Under the pieces are notes generated by a model. The model did not search any database, was not told the DNA's origin, and saw only the letters and a list, made by a program, of their open reading frames with translations. This document shows, in pieces, positions 9,669-19,999 of a stretch of DNA of 64,000 nt. The position numbers were made by a program, and so were the translations under genes. Within the stretch, counting starts at the first letter, position 1. Every line of letters begins with the position of its first letter. The stretch covers positions 17,946 through 81,945 of the forward strand of contig JBMLQF010000196.1 in NCBI GenBank assembly GCA_049241705.1, given 5' to 3'. The DNA is from Fluviicola sp. (GTDB lineage: Bacteria > Bacteroidota > Bacteroidia > Flavobacteriales_D > Crocinitomicaceae).

Positions 9669-10613
9669 ATGCGAATTCTACGCTCCCTGAATAATTGTAG
9701 TTTTAACGAGCCTATTCTGACAATAGGCACCTATGATGGTGTGCATTTGGGGCATCAATCGATCATTCGTGAAATGGTGGCTCGTGCTCGTGCAGCGGGA
9801 AAGGAGTCTGTACTTATGACCTTTGAACCACATCCAAGAATGGTGCTTCAGCCCTTGGATCATCAAGTGGAGTTGATAGATACACTGGACGAAAAGCTCG
9901 CAAAACTAGATGGCCTTGGTTTAGACACGGTCATTTTGTATCCTTTCTCGATAGATTTCGCCAGATTAAGTGCAACAGATTTCATTGAACAGATCTTGGT
10001 AAAAGCTCTTGGTGTGAGTGAAGTGCATGTTGGTTATGATCACCAATTCGGTAAGAATCGTGAAGGTACTTATGAATTGTTAGTGCAAAAAGGCAAAGAG
10101 TTTGGCTACTCGGTAACCCAGATCGAGGCGAGATCGATTCAAGGGGTTGCTATCAGTTCAACAAAGATCAGACAGGCGATCCGAAAAGGCGATGTAGAAA
10201 CAGCCGAGCACTATTTAGGCCGGTCGCATGCATTAAGTGGAACCGTGATCCATGGGAATAAACTAGGTCGAACCATAGGCTTTCCAACAGCAAACATTGA
10301 TTGGAAAGACAGCACAAAATTGTTGCCCGAAAATGGAGTCTATGCAGTGCGTGTTGAGGTTAAGAACACCTGGTTCGAAGGAGTTATGAATATTGGTGTA
10401 AAACCTACGGTACAAAAATTGCCTAAACTGACAGCTGAGGTGTTCATTTTTGATTTTGATCAGGATATTTATAATGAACTGATCAAAGTGGAGTTTGTGA
10501 AACACCTGCGTGGAGAACAAAAATTTGATTCTGTTGAATCGCTCAAAAATCAATTAAAAAAAGATGAAGAATTGGCTCGTAGTGTGTTTTCTTCTCGTGT
10601 GGTCCGCGACTAA
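9669..10613 (+). CDS. ribF: Bifunctional riboflavin kinase/FAD synthetase
   Basis: GTYDGVHLGH, TFEPHP, ISSTKIR, GRTIGFPTAN, GVYAV, LRGEQKFDS. Confidence 0.95.
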   Translation: MRILRSLNNCSFNEPILTIGTYDGVHLGHQSIIREMVARARAAGKESVLMTFEPHPRMVLQPLDHQVELIDTLDEKLAKLDGLGLDTVILYPFSIDFARLSATDFIEQILVKALGVSEVHVGYDHQFGKNREGTYELLVQKGKEFGYSVTQIEARSIQGVAISSTKIRQAIRKGDVETAEHYLGRSHALSGTVIHGNKLGRTIGFPTANIDWKDSTKLLPENGVYAVRVEVKNTWFEGVMNIGVKPTVQKLPKLTAEVFIFDFDQDIYNELIKVEFVKHLRGEQKFDSVESLKNQLKKDEELARSVFSSRVVRD

Positions 10614-11136
10614 AGCACAGGATACGCTGAAGATCTATACCTGGGAAGAGGCACAGTTATTACCTGTTGATTCTGTAAAAGCCATTACGGCTTCCCATTT
10701 AAAGTGGGATAGCATCCCAGAGTCATTGTGGAATTTCACCCATCTGCGCTATTTGGACCTTTCGAAAAATCGATTGAAAGAAATTCCACCTGAGATCGGT
10801 AAGTTGAAGGAACTTCGCACGTTGGACGTCTCAAAAAATAAACTTTCAGGCGCTCCCGTGTTCATTTGTCAATTGACTCAACTGCGAAAACTGCATATTG
10901 CACGAAATCAATATTCATCGCTTCCTTCTTGCATTGGATATTTGACGCATTTGGTGGTACTGGATATTTGGGACAATCCGATCAACAGCTTGCCGGATGA
11001 GGTCATGAATTTGAAAAAGCTCCAATTCGTGGATATGCGTTCAATCATGTTAAGCCCTGGATTTCAGCAGAAATGGCTGGAGAGAAGACCCGATGTAACT
11101 TGGGAGTTTGACCCACCTTGTCACTGTGTAGAATAA
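10564..11136 (+). CDS. Exported leucine-rich-repeat protein
   Basis: Signal peptide (TKA|Q); about five LxxLxLxxNxLxxLPxxI repeats; overlaps the ribF end by 50 nt. Confidence 0.85.
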   Translation: MKNWLVVCFLLVWSATKAQDTLKIYTWEEAQLLPVDSVKAITASHLKWDSIPESLWNFTHLRYLDLSKNRLKEIPPEIGKLKELRTLDVSKNKLSGAPVFICQLTQLRKLHIARNQYSSLPSCIGYLTHLVVLDIWDNPINSLPDEVMNLKKLQFVDMRSIMLSPGFQQKWLERRPDVTWEFDPPCHCVE

Positions 11137-11240
11137 ATTTTATTTTTTTTCCAACCTTCCAAAATCTGACACATCATAGTAGTGTCAAGAATGTCAGAGT
11201 TCTCTCTGATTGGTTTGGTAAATTGGGTTTTTAGGTTTGG

Positions 11241-11271
11241 AAAAGGGTGCTTTGATGGATGCACCCTTTTT
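11241..11271. terminator. Bidirectional terminator
   Basis: AAAAGGGTGC-N10-GCACCCTTTT between convergent LRR and ddl genes. Confidence 0.75.
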
Positions 11272-11275
11272 CAGT

Positions 11276-12241
11276 TTATTTAAGTTCTACTGATAAGATC
11301 TCTTTCCAGAAATCGTGTATGGAAATGCCATCGCAAGCTAACATTTGCGGGACAATACTTGCTGGGGAAAATCCGGGTGTAGTATTTACCTCGATGACGT
11401 ATGGTTCATTGTCGACGATCATGAAGTCGATCCGAGCGATGGATCTCAATTGCAGCAGGTCGTAGCAATATTTGGCGCGAGCTTGTACAATATCTCGAAT
11501 AATATCCGGAATACGAGCCGGTGTGATCTCTTGGGATTTCCCTAGGTATTTGGCTTCGTAATCAAAGAATTCATTTTCAGAGGCAATTTCGGTCAAGGGT
11601 AAAGCGTGTAAGCCATCCTTTCTGCGATACACACCGCAAGTCACCTCGGTTCCTTTTAAAAAGGATTCAATAACTACTGTGCCACCTTCTGCAAATGCCA
11701 CTTCTAAAGCCTTGTTCAATTCTTCTTTGGCTTGCACTTTCGAAATGCCATAACTGGATCCGGAATCGGACGGCTTCACAAAACAAGGTAAACCCAACTC
11801 TGAAATGATGTGATCAGCACTAAATTCATTGGCCGAACGCAGAAAGAGGGATTTAGCCACCGGAATACCAAAATTCTTCAAAAATTGATTGCAGTACCAT
11901 TTGTCGAACGAAAGCTCCGACGCAAGTGCCGGAGAATTGACATAGGGAATGCCTTTTAAATCGAGATACGCTTGAATCTTTCCATTCTCACCCGGATTTC
12001 CATGAATATAGATCAGGCCGGCGTCGATTGAAACGGTATTTCCATTCCATGAAAAACCACATGTGTCTAAGGAAAAAGGCAATCGCTGACCGTCTTTGTG
12101 CGCAAACCATCCGGATTTAGTAACCTCAATCTGAATGATCTCATATTCTTTCGGAAAATTGGCTGCGATAGTTGCTGCACTTTTCATGGAAATTTCGAAT
12201 TCAGAGGAATATCCCCCACAAAACAAGCCTATTCGTTTCAT
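11276..12241 (-). CDS. ddl: D-alanine--D-alanine ligase
   Basis: GGYSSEFEISMKSA, IHGNPGENGKIQ, VKPSDSGSSYG, EVNTTPG. Confidence 0.95.
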   Translation of the reverse strand: MKRIGLFCGGYSSEFEISMKSAATIAANFPKEYEIIQIEVTKSGWFAHKDGQRLPFSLDTCGFSWNGNTVSIDAGLIYIHGNPGENGKIQAYLDLKGIPYVNSPALASELSFDKWYCNQFLKNFGIPVAKSLFLRSANEFSADHIISELGLPCFVKPSDSGSSYGISKVQAKEELNKALEVAFAEGGTVVIESFLKGTEVTCGVYRRKDGLHALPLTEIASENEFFDYEAKYLGKSQEITPARIPDIIRDIVQARAKYCYDLLQLRSIARIDFMIVDNEPYVIEVNTTPGFSPASIVPQMLACDGISIHDFWKEILSVELK

Positions 12242-12255
12242 GCTTCAATTTTTGT

Positions 12256-12263
12256 CAAAATTA
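12256..12263 (-). promoter_or_regulatory. -7 promoter element for ddl
   Basis: TAATTTTG on the minus strand, 14 nt upstream of the start. Confidence 0.55.
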
Positions 12264-12362
12264 GGGGCCTTTTCACTACTGAAAATTTGATGCTAAAAAA
12301 GTTTTCATGATGAAATGTTGAAAGCTTATTTCCGAGTGGATTTTCACCAGAAACATTCTTCT

Positions 12363-12370
12363 TATATTTG
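12363..12370 (+). promoter_or_regulatory. -7 promoter element for the PASTA operon
   Basis: TATATTTG; supports a start at ATG 12392. Confidence 0.55.
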
Positions 12371-12391
12371 TTTTTTACTTGGAAGAGTAGC

Positions 12392-13186
12392 ATGGAACGT
12401 TGGCAAAAGATAAAAGCATTTATTTGGAGTAAACACTTTTTAAAACAGAGTGGGTACATTCTACTTACCTACATTGTTGTCGTAGGAGGTACGATCTTGT
12501 ATTTGGATGCCTACACGAATCATGGTGAGAAAATCAAATTGCCAAACTTGGTAGGCTTGCAATCAAGTAAAGGGCAAGTGATCTTGGAAGAATTGGATTT
12601 GAAAATGGAGCTTTTGGATTCGGTTTACAGACCAGACCTTCCAACTGGAACTATTTTGGAACAAGATCCGTTGCCAACAGCAAAGTCTCAGGTACATGTG
12701 AAGTCTGGACGAATTGTCCGTGTCCGTGTATCCAAGCGCACAAAGTTTGTTGAAATGCCTTATCTGGTGGATCGTTCTCAACGTTATTCTGAAAGTGTAT
12801 TAAAAAATCGATCATTAAAATACCGCATTCAATATGTGCCAACCTCCGAAGCCGATGGAGCTGTCTTAAAACAATTATATAAAGGTGTACCGATCAAAGA
12901 AGGAACCAAATTACCTGCTGGTTCGGTTATTACCTTAGTGGTTGGACAAAACGATGCAGGTGAGCCGGTTGAACTGATGGATTTGGTTAGCTTAACAATA
13001 TCTGAGGCTCGCGGACGTTTACAAGGAACATCACTCAACTTCCAGGTTGCATCATGTGATGGTTGTGCTACGGCAGAAGATTCAACTTCGGCGATCATTT
13101 ATTCCCAAAGTCCGGAATATCTAGAAGGAGTTACTTTACCTGCTGGAACAACGATCATGGTGAATGCTTCGAAGGGAGGAAATTAA
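12392..13186 (+). CDS. Membrane-anchored PASTA-domain protein
   Basis: N-terminal TM, YTNHGEKIKLPNLVG, three PASTA-like units (LPNLVG, MPYLVD, LMDLVS); divergent from ddl. Confidence 0.85.
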   Translation: MERWQKIKAFIWSKHFLKQSGYILLTYIVVVGGTILYLDAYTNHGEKIKLPNLVGLQSSKGQVILEELDLKMELLDSVYRPDLPTGTILEQDPLPTAKSQVHVKSGRIVRVRVSKRTKFVEMPYLVDRSQRYSESVLKNRSLKYRIQYVPTSEADGAVLKQLYKGVPIKEGTKLPAGSVITLVVGQNDAGEPVELMDLVSLTISEARGRLQGTSLNFQVASCDGCATAEDSTSAIIYSQSPEYLEGVTLPAGTTIMVNASKGGN

Positions 13187-13193
13187 TTTGTTC

Positions 13194-15383
13194 ATGAAGC
13201 ATTTTTACTTGATCTTATTTCTGTTGTCCTCGGGATTGCTGTTTGCTCAGGAATCCTTGGAGCCAATTGGATTTGAGTATAGAGGAAAGGTCAAAAGTCA
13301 TTTGAAAACGACCACTACATTCGACAGCACATTTATTTATACATTCGACACTATTCAGTTGCCCATCTTTGATGAGTTTTCTGATAATAAATTTCAAGAC
13401 CTTTCCGCTACTCCCGGAGCACCAAACGTGACGGAGCAGTTGTTTCACCGTTTGCTGGATGTTAGTAATTTGCCACTTCCGGGGAACGCTTCTTACACGG
13501 CTGTATTAACTAAAAAGATCACGGTGCAAAATGGAAATGTTACCGAAACGGATCTTCCCTCAACCACAATTCAAGTTGGAAGTTTAGCTAGCTATCCGGT
13601 AGTCTACGGGTCACAAGTGGTTTATCCGCCTTATTTCATTTACGACACGCTTGATTTTGTAAATGATCCGGATACGGTGTATTTGTTCCAGCCGGAATAT
13701 ATGCAGGATTCTGCACGTCTTTTTACAGCACATTTAAGTGACCAGGAGGCGATCTGGACAGATTATTACGCCTACCGCAATTTTACTCACGCAAAGGATC
13801 CATGGACCTTGGGTGTTGTTACGTTTGACGGATTGGATGAAACCGGATATCCCTACAATTTTGGTTCAACGACAGTTGGATACGCAGATTTCTTGACATC
13901 TAAAACCATTGATCTTTCTTCATTTGCACCAAACGATAGTATTTATTTAAGTTTCCTGGTGCAAACAGAAGGCCTGGGAGATGAACCTGAATTATCAGAT
14001 TCTTTGGTGTTGGAATTTTTCAATGCAGGTCAAGATGATTGGGAACGCGTTTGGAGTACACGTGGCGGGAATGTGGCTGACTTTAAGGTAGGACACATTC
14101 GAATCACACAATCAGCTTATTTAACGAATGGTTTCCGTTTCCGTTTTAAGAACTATGGTGGGCTTTCAGGTATGTTGGATGAGTTCCACTTGGATTACGT
14201 GCATTTGCGCAGCGGTAGTGGATACCAAGATACCTTGTTTAAAGACTTTGCTTTTGTATATCCTTTAGGTTCTTTGATCGAAGATTATACTCAGGTTCCT
14301 TGGGATCATTGGGTAAATGATCCTACTCATATGAATCCAGCTGTAAAAGCAACGGTTCGAAATGGTTCCAATGTGGCGGAAAACAACATCAATGGAACTG
14401 TGGATGTGAAAGTGAGTGGAGTAACAGAAGGGACCTTTACAATGATTGGGCAAACCTTGTCAGGAGGAAACATCAATTATGCCCCACGCACAGTTTATGA
14501 ATCGCTACATGATTTTTCAGGAGGATACGCGTTTTCTGCAGCTCCAGTTGTTGAAGAAAAGACCTTTGAAGTAATTGCTACGGCATCTGCACCGTTTCCA
14601 AATTTTACTGGAAACGACACCAGTTATACCCTTCAATATTTCGGGAATGAATATGCCTATGACGATGGTTCAGCAGAAGCTGCTTACGGAGTTGTTGGTG
14701 CGCAAGCGCGAATTGCTTACCGATTTGTGCCTTATGAGGCGGATACCTTATTAGGAGTGAAGATCCATTTTGTACCTTCGGTATATGACTTAAGCAATAA
14801 GTTGTTCTTATTGACAGTTTGGTCGGATAATGGTGGACAACCGGGAACAGTTATTTACGAAGATGACTTCTTATATCCGCGTCAACCGGTTTATGAAGAG
14901 GACCGAGGCGTGTTTACTGAATACTACTTAACGGATACGGCTATCGCCTTGCCAAACGCACCGTTTTTTGTTGGTTGGCGTCAAGTAGACGCGGATCGTT
15001 TGAATATTGGCTTTGACCGAAATAACGATCAATCTGCAAACACTTATTACTCTTTGAATGGTGGGGCAAGTTGGATTGGAAGTAGCTTGGAAGGAGCAAT
15101 GATGATGCGCCCGATCTTTTCAACGGCTGGAAATGCCGATCTAGCAGTTGAAGAAGAGCCGCTTGTAATTAATTGGCAACTCTATCCAAATCCTGCAACA
15201 GATATTGTATCTGTGCGCTTGGATAATGGATTGCCTTTCAATGGAGTGGAGATCTTTGATCAGTTTGGATCAGTTGTTGCAAGTTCATCAGAAGAAAATA
15301 TCTCCTTGATTGACTTGGCTAAAGGCGTTTATTATGTGCGCTTAATTGGATATCCGGTTGTTAAGACCTTGATCAAACAGTAA
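13194..15383 (+). CDS. T9SS type A cargo protein
   Basis: Signal peptide (LFA|Q); C-terminal LYPNPATD...KGVYYVRL sorting domain. Confidence 0.85.
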   Translation: MKHFYLILFLLSSGLLFAQESLEPIGFEYRGKVKSHLKTTTTFDSTFIYTFDTIQLPIFDEFSDNKFQDLSATPGAPNVTEQLFHRLLDVSNLPLPGNASYTAVLTKKITVQNGNVTETDLPSTTIQVGSLASYPVVYGSQVVYPPYFIYDTLDFVNDPDTVYLFQPEYMQDSARLFTAHLSDQEAIWTDYYAYRNFTHAKDPWTLGVVTFDGLDETGYPYNFGSTTVGYADFLTSKTIDLSSFAPNDSIYLSFLVQTEGLGDEPELSDSLVLEFFNAGQDDWERVWSTRGGNVADFKVGHIRITQSAYLTNGFRFRFKNYGGLSGMLDEFHLDYVHLRSGSGYQDTLFKDFAFVYPLGSLIEDYTQVPWDHWVNDPTHMNPAVKATVRNGSNVAENNINGTVDVKVSGVTEGTFTMIGQTLSGGNINYAPRTVYESLHDFSGGYAFSAAPVVEEKTFEVIATASAPFPNFTGNDTSYTLQYFGNEYAYDDGSAEAAYGVVGAQARIAYRFVPYEADTLLGVKIHFVPSVYDLSNKLFLLTVWSDNGGQPGTVIYEDDFLYPRQPVYEEDRGVFTEYYLTDTAIALPNAPFFVGWRQVDADRLNIGFDRNNDQSANTYYSLNGGASWIGSSLEGAMMMRPIFSTAGNADLAVEEEPLVINWQLYPNPATDIVSVRLDNGLPFNGVEIFDQFGSVVASSSEENISLIDLAKGVYYVRLIGYPVVKTLIKQ

Positions 15384-16411
15384 TGAGCGAAGAGATCCAA
15401 GAAATAGATCAGGACGAAGAAGAATTATTTGAGCATTTCAGATTCAAAGCAGATCCGGGCCAAGAAGTGGTGCGGATCGATAAGTTTTTGATGGATCGGA
15501 TGCCAAACACCTCCCGAAACAAGATTCAAGTTGCTGCCAAGAATGGTAATATCCTAGTCAACGATCGACAGGTAAAGCAGAACTATCGCATCAAACCAGG
15601 TGACGAAGTGTCCATGGTCTTACCGTATCCAGTTCGCGAAATTGAACTTATTCCTCAGGATATTCCATTGAACATTGTTTATGAAGACGATTCTTTGATT
15701 GTCCTAAATAAACCTGCTAATATGGTGGTGCATCCTGGTTATGGAAATTACACAGGCACGTTGGTCAATGCACTTGTTTATCACTTTGATCACCTTCCAC
15801 AACGCATCCATGATTATTTTGGTAGACCCGGATTGGTTCACCGCTTGGATAAACATACCACCGGAATTATGGTGGTTGCCAAAACTGAAAATGCCTTGAC
15901 TCATTTGGCAAAGCAATTTTATGATCGTACTACAGAACGTCGCTACCATGCATTGGTTTGGGGTGATGTGGAAGAAGATGTGCGCATCGAAGGAAATTTG
16001 GGGCGTTCGCTTCAAAACCGCAAAATGATGACAGTATTTCCGGATGGAGACTATGGAAAACATGCTGTTACGAACGTGAAAGTGATCAAGCGCTTTGGCT
16101 TGGTGACGCTGGTAGAATGTAAATTGGAGACAGGACGAACCCATCAGATCCGTGCGCACATGAAGTGGATTGGACATCCATTATTTCATGACCTTGAGTA
16201 TGGTGGTGATCGCATCGTAAAAGGAACCACCAGTGCTTCCTACAAGCATTTTATTGAAAATTGTTTTGAGTTAATTCCCGGGCAGGCCTTACATGCGAAA
16301 TCTCTGGGTTTTGTGCACCCTGAAACAGGAAAGTGGTTGCAGTTCGATTCGGAACTTCCGGAAGGATTCAAACTGCTATTGGAAAAGTGGGAGCGCTACA
16401 CCGTTCAGTAA
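15383..16411 (+). CDS. rluD: RluA/RluD-family pseudouridine synthase
   Basis: S4 domain (RIDKFL), NKPANMVVHP, HRLDKHTTG catalytic Asp, TGRTHQIR, GQALHA. Confidence 0.9.
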   Translation: MSEEIQEIDQDEEELFEHFRFKADPGQEVVRIDKFLMDRMPNTSRNKIQVAAKNGNILVNDRQVKQNYRIKPGDEVSMVLPYPVREIELIPQDIPLNIVYEDDSLIVLNKPANMVVHPGYGNYTGTLVNALVYHFDHLPQRIHDYFGRPGLVHRLDKHTTGIMVVAKTENALTHLAKQFYDRTTERRYHALVWGDVEEDVRIEGNLGRSLQNRKMMTVFPDGDYGKHAVTNVKVIKRFGLVTLVECKLETGRTHQIRAHMKWIGHPLFHDLEYGGDRIVKGTTSASYKHFIENCFELIPGQALHAKSLGFVHPETGKWLQFDSELPEGFKLLLEKWERYTVQ

Positions 16412-16567
16412 AAACTCACAAATATTCGATTAATTGTATTTTTTTAGGGTCGAACGGATTCGATTTAAATTTTTTAAATTAACTTCGGCAATCTTCTATA
16501 CGCTGTTGAATGGGCTTTGGACGTGTTTAAAGCTGAGTTTTTCGTCGGATTTGAAGATATTTAACCA

Positions 16568-18733
16568 ATGTTTGCACTTAAGCTTATGAACGTTAGAACA
16601 CTTACTTTACTTGTGTCGATGGGTATCACTGGATGGGTTTCAGCTCAGCCAAAATATTTGAAGGATGCCAATAAGATGTACCGAAGTGAAAATTACTGTG
16701 AAGCTGCAGATAAATGTGCTGTTGCCTATTCCAAGATCAAGCGGAATGGAGCGATGGCTCTTGCAGCTAAAGGGGAAATGGCATTCAAAACAGCGGAATC
16801 TTTCCGTAACATCGAGGACGTAAAGCAAGCCAACGAATGGTATGAGAAAGCCATTTTGTTGAAGTATTATCAGAAGGAGCCTTTAGTTTACCTATACAAC
16901 GCCGAAATGTTGCGTATCATGGGTGAGTTCAAAAAGGCAGAGCAAAACTACGCTTTGTACAAGAGCTTGGTGCCGGATGATACACGTGCTGACGTTGGTA
17001 TAGAGTCATGTAAAAAACACGAAGAGTTCAAAGAAAACCGTACGCGTCACACCGTAACGAACGTTACTCCATTGAACAAAGAAGGATTCGAAATGGCTCC
17101 GATGTTTGTAGATAAAAAAGGTGTGGTTATGGCCTTTTCATCATCTCGTGATGGAGTTGTAGGTAATGAGGATGATCCTCGTACTTGTGACCCTTACATG
17201 GATATTTTCGTATCTGAATTGGATAAGAAAGGAAACTTTACAGCGGTTAAGCCAATTGAAGGTGATAGTATCAACACGGAGGATAACGAAGGAACGATCT
17301 GTATCGATGGTCGTGCAAAAACGATGTTCTTTACTCGTTGTCCAAACCGTAAGAAACAAAATTTAGGTTGTGATATTTGGGTTTCTGAAGTTGCTGGTAA
17401 AGGATGGGGAATTCCAAAGAAATTGCCTTTGAAAAGCAACGATTCCATTTCAGTAGGACACCCTGCAGTATCTGACGATGGAAAATTCTTGGTGTTTGCT
17501 TCTGATATGCCAGGCGGTGTAGGAGGTCGCGACCTTTGGTTTACGACTTACGACAAAAAATCTGATTCTTGGTCAACTCCTCAAAATATGGGGCCTCAGG
17601 TAAATACTGCCGGTGATGAATTGTTCCCAACGTTTGCATTGAACGGGGATTTGATCTATGCTTCAAACGGATTACCAGGAATGGGAGGTTTGGATATTTT
17701 CAAAGCTACTCGTGTTGGAGAAGAGAACAAATGGGAAAACCCAACAAACTTAGGTTCTCCAATCAACTCTGATTTCAACGACTACGCCTTGATCGAAGTA
17801 ACTGAGAAAAAAGGATATTTTACTTCTGAGCGTAAAGGTGGTGCTGGTGATAATTTCAAACCAGACATCTATATGTATGAATTGCCTCCAAACGTATTTA
17901 CTTTGAAAGTAAACGTATTGGATCTTTCTGATAAGAAAAAGCAAACAAAGATCGATGGCGTTGACGTGAATGTGGTTTGTAAAACAACAGGTGAGAAATG
18001 GACCGGAAAGACAATGAAAGACGGTTCAATCTACTGGGATAAAAAAGCTAATGGTGATCGTTATATTAACGAAGAGTCTGAGTACAGTATTACTATTTCA
18101 AAAGCTGGATACTACGAAAACAAAACGGCTACTGAGATCAAAACTATTGGATTGAAGTATGATCAGGATTTCGTGGTAGATATGGGATTACTTCCAATCA
18201 AACCGATTCGTTTGCCGGAAGTTCGTTATCCATTGGCTCGTTGGGATTTGTTGGTTGACTCGTCAATTAACTCAAAAGATTCCTTGTTATTCGTATTGAA
18301 CCTATTGGAAGAAAATCCGGGATTGATCTTGGAGTTGTCTTCTCACACTGACCCTCGTGGTGGTAATATTTACAACCAGGTACTTTCTGAAAACCGTGCT
18401 AAAGCTTGTTACAAGTTCTTGGTTGAAGAAAAAGGAGTGGATCCACGTCGCATTGTTCCAGTTGGAAAAGGAGAGATGGAACCACGTGCCATGTACTTGA
18501 AAGATGGTAAGTACTATGAGAAACAATTAGTTGATGGTTCTGCTCAAGAAGTAAAAATGACAGAAGCATATATGGCTCAGTTTATGAAAGACAAGAAGAA
18601 ATTCGAGATGTTGCAACAGTTCAACCGTCGTACAGAAGGTAAGGTGTTGTCTTTGGACTTCGATCCGGCTACTGCGAAACCAGCGAATCCGGATTACTTG
18701 ATCTTTAAGAAATTGCCTCCAACAAATAAATAA
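16568..18733 (+). CDS. OmpA-family protein with TPR, PD40 beta-propeller, carboxypeptidase-regulatory-like and OmpA domains (PorE-like architecture)
   Basis: TPR-like N-terminus; PD40 repeats (SVGHPAVSDDGKFLVFASD, NTAGDELFP); LSSHTDPRG...NQVLSENRAKA...NRRTE OmpA motifs. Start could be 16586. Confidence 0.85.
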   Translation: MFALKLMNVRTLTLLVSMGITGWVSAQPKYLKDANKMYRSENYCEAADKCAVAYSKIKRNGAMALAAKGEMAFKTAESFRNIEDVKQANEWYEKAILLKYYQKEPLVYLYNAEMLRIMGEFKKAEQNYALYKSLVPDDTRADVGIESCKKHEEFKENRTRHTVTNVTPLNKEGFEMAPMFVDKKGVVMAFSSSRDGVVGNEDDPRTCDPYMDIFVSELDKKGNFTAVKPIEGDSINTEDNEGTICIDGRAKTMFFTRCPNRKKQNLGCDIWVSEVAGKGWGIPKKLPLKSNDSISVGHPAVSDDGKFLVFASDMPGGVGGRDLWFTTYDKKSDSWSTPQNMGPQVNTAGDELFPTFALNGDLIYASNGLPGMGGLDIFKATRVGEENKWENPTNLGSPINSDFNDYALIEVTEKKGYFTSERKGGAGDNFKPDIYMYELPPNVFTLKVNVLDLSDKKKQTKIDGVDVNVVCKTTGEKWTGKTMKDGSIYWDKKANGDRYINEESEYSITISKAGYYENKTATEIKTIGLKYDQDFVVDMGLLPIKPIRLPEVRYPLARWDLLVDSSINSKDSLLFVLNLLEENPGLILELSSHTDPRGGNIYNQVLSENRAKACYKFLVEEKGVDPRRIVPVGKGEMEPRAMYLKDGKYYEKQLVDGSAQEVKMTEAYMAQFMKDKKKFEMLQQFNRRTEGKVLSLDFDPATAKPANPDYLIFKKLPPTNK

Positions 18734-18736
18734 TAG

Positions 18737-18764
18737 AAAAGGCCTCCACGCGGAGGCCTTTTTT
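18737..18764 (+). terminator. Intrinsic terminator
   Basis: AAAAGGCCTCC-ACGC-GGAGGCCTTTTTT. Confidence 0.85.
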
Positions 18765-18803
18765 CTTGCCCATATTCGAGTTTTAACACTCCGAATAAAT
18801 CCT

Positions 18804-18811
18804 TACCTTTG
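18804..18811 (+). promoter_or_regulatory. -7 promoter element for purM-prfA
   Basis: TACCTTTG 16 nt before the purM ATG. Confidence 0.6.
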
Positions 18812-18827
18812 CGCTTTCTTTTGTACT

Positions 18828-19997
18828 ATGTCTGATATTCGATACAATTTGCGCGGTGTTTCTGCCGGGAAAGAGGAAGTGCACAACGCGATCAAAAACG
18901 TGGATAAGGGATTGTTCCCAAAAGCTTTTTGTAAAATAGTTCCAGACTATCTTACTGGCGATCCGGAATATTGTATCGTGATGCACGCGGATGGTGCTGG
19001 TACCAAGTCTTCTCTTGCCTACATGTATTGGAAAGAAACTGGAGAAGTTTCTGTTTGGAAAGGGATCGCACAAGATGCCTTGATCATGAATATCGACGAC
19101 CTACTGTGTGTCGGTGCAACTGAAAATATCTTATTGTCTTCTACTATCGGCAGAAATAAAAATCTGGTGACTGGCGAAGTAATCGCGGCTATAATCAATG
19201 GTACAGAAGAATTACTAGAGACTTTGCGCGAGCAAGGGATAGGTATTTTCTCAACCGGTGGAGAAACTGCTGACGTAGGTGACTTGGTACGTACGATAAT
19301 CGTTGACAGTACCGTTGTTTGCCGCATGAAACGCAGCGATGTGATCTCAAACGATACGATTCAACCGGGTGATGTAGTGGTTGGTTTGGCTTCATTCGGT
19401 CAAGCAACGTATGAGGACAGCTATAACGGTGGAATGGGTTCAAACGGATTGACCTCAGCCCGACATGATGTCTTCAACAAGACTTTGGCTGCAAAATATC
19501 CTGAAAGTTTTGACCCTGCTGTACCGAGTGAATTGGTTTATTCCGGATCATGTAATCTGACAGACAAAGTAGAAGGAGTTCCCGTGGATGCCGGTCAATT
19601 GGTACTTTCTCCAACAAGAACTTATGCTCCTGTAATCAAGGCGATGCTTGATAAACACCGCGCTGATATTCACGGGATGGTTCATTGTTCAGGTGGTGCT
19701 CAAACGAAAGTGTTGCACTTTGTAGATGGTGTTCACGTCATCAAAGACAACATGTTTCCGATCCCACCATTATTCCAATTGATCCAACGCGAATCGAGAA
19801 CCGATTGGAAGGAAATGTACAAAGTGTTCAATATGGGTCACCGCATGGAAGTGTATGTTCCTGAACACATCGCAGCTTCTTTGATCGAGATCAGTAAAGG
19901 ATTTGGTATCGAGGCACAGGTGATCGGTCGTGTAGAGGCTTTTGAAGGAAAGCAAGTAACTGTTCGTTCCGAAGTAGGTGAATTTATCTATCAGTAA
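18828..19997 (+). CDS. purM: Phosphoribosylformylglycinamidine cyclo-ligase (Bacteroidota type)
   Basis: RGVSAGKEEVH, HADGAGTKS, GGETADVGD, GSNGLTSARH, VFNMGHRME. Confidence 0.92.
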   Translation: MSDIRYNLRGVSAGKEEVHNAIKNVDKGLFPKAFCKIVPDYLTGDPEYCIVMHADGAGTKSSLAYMYWKETGEVSVWKGIAQDALIMNIDDLLCVGATENILLSSTIGRNKNLVTGEVIAAIINGTEELLETLREQGIGIFSTGGETADVGDLVRTIIVDSTVVCRMKRSDVISNDTIQPGDVVVGLASFGQATYEDSYNGGMGSNGLTSARHDVFNKTLAAKYPESFDPAVPSELVYSGSCNLTDKVEGVPVDAGQLVLSPTRTYAPVIKAMLDKHRADIHGMVHCSGGAQTKVLHFVDGVHVIKDNMFPIPPLFQLIQRESRTDWKEMYKVFNMGHRMEVYVPEHIAASLIEISKGFGIEAQVIGRVEAFEGKQVTVRSEVGEFIYQ

Positions 19998-19999
19998 TC

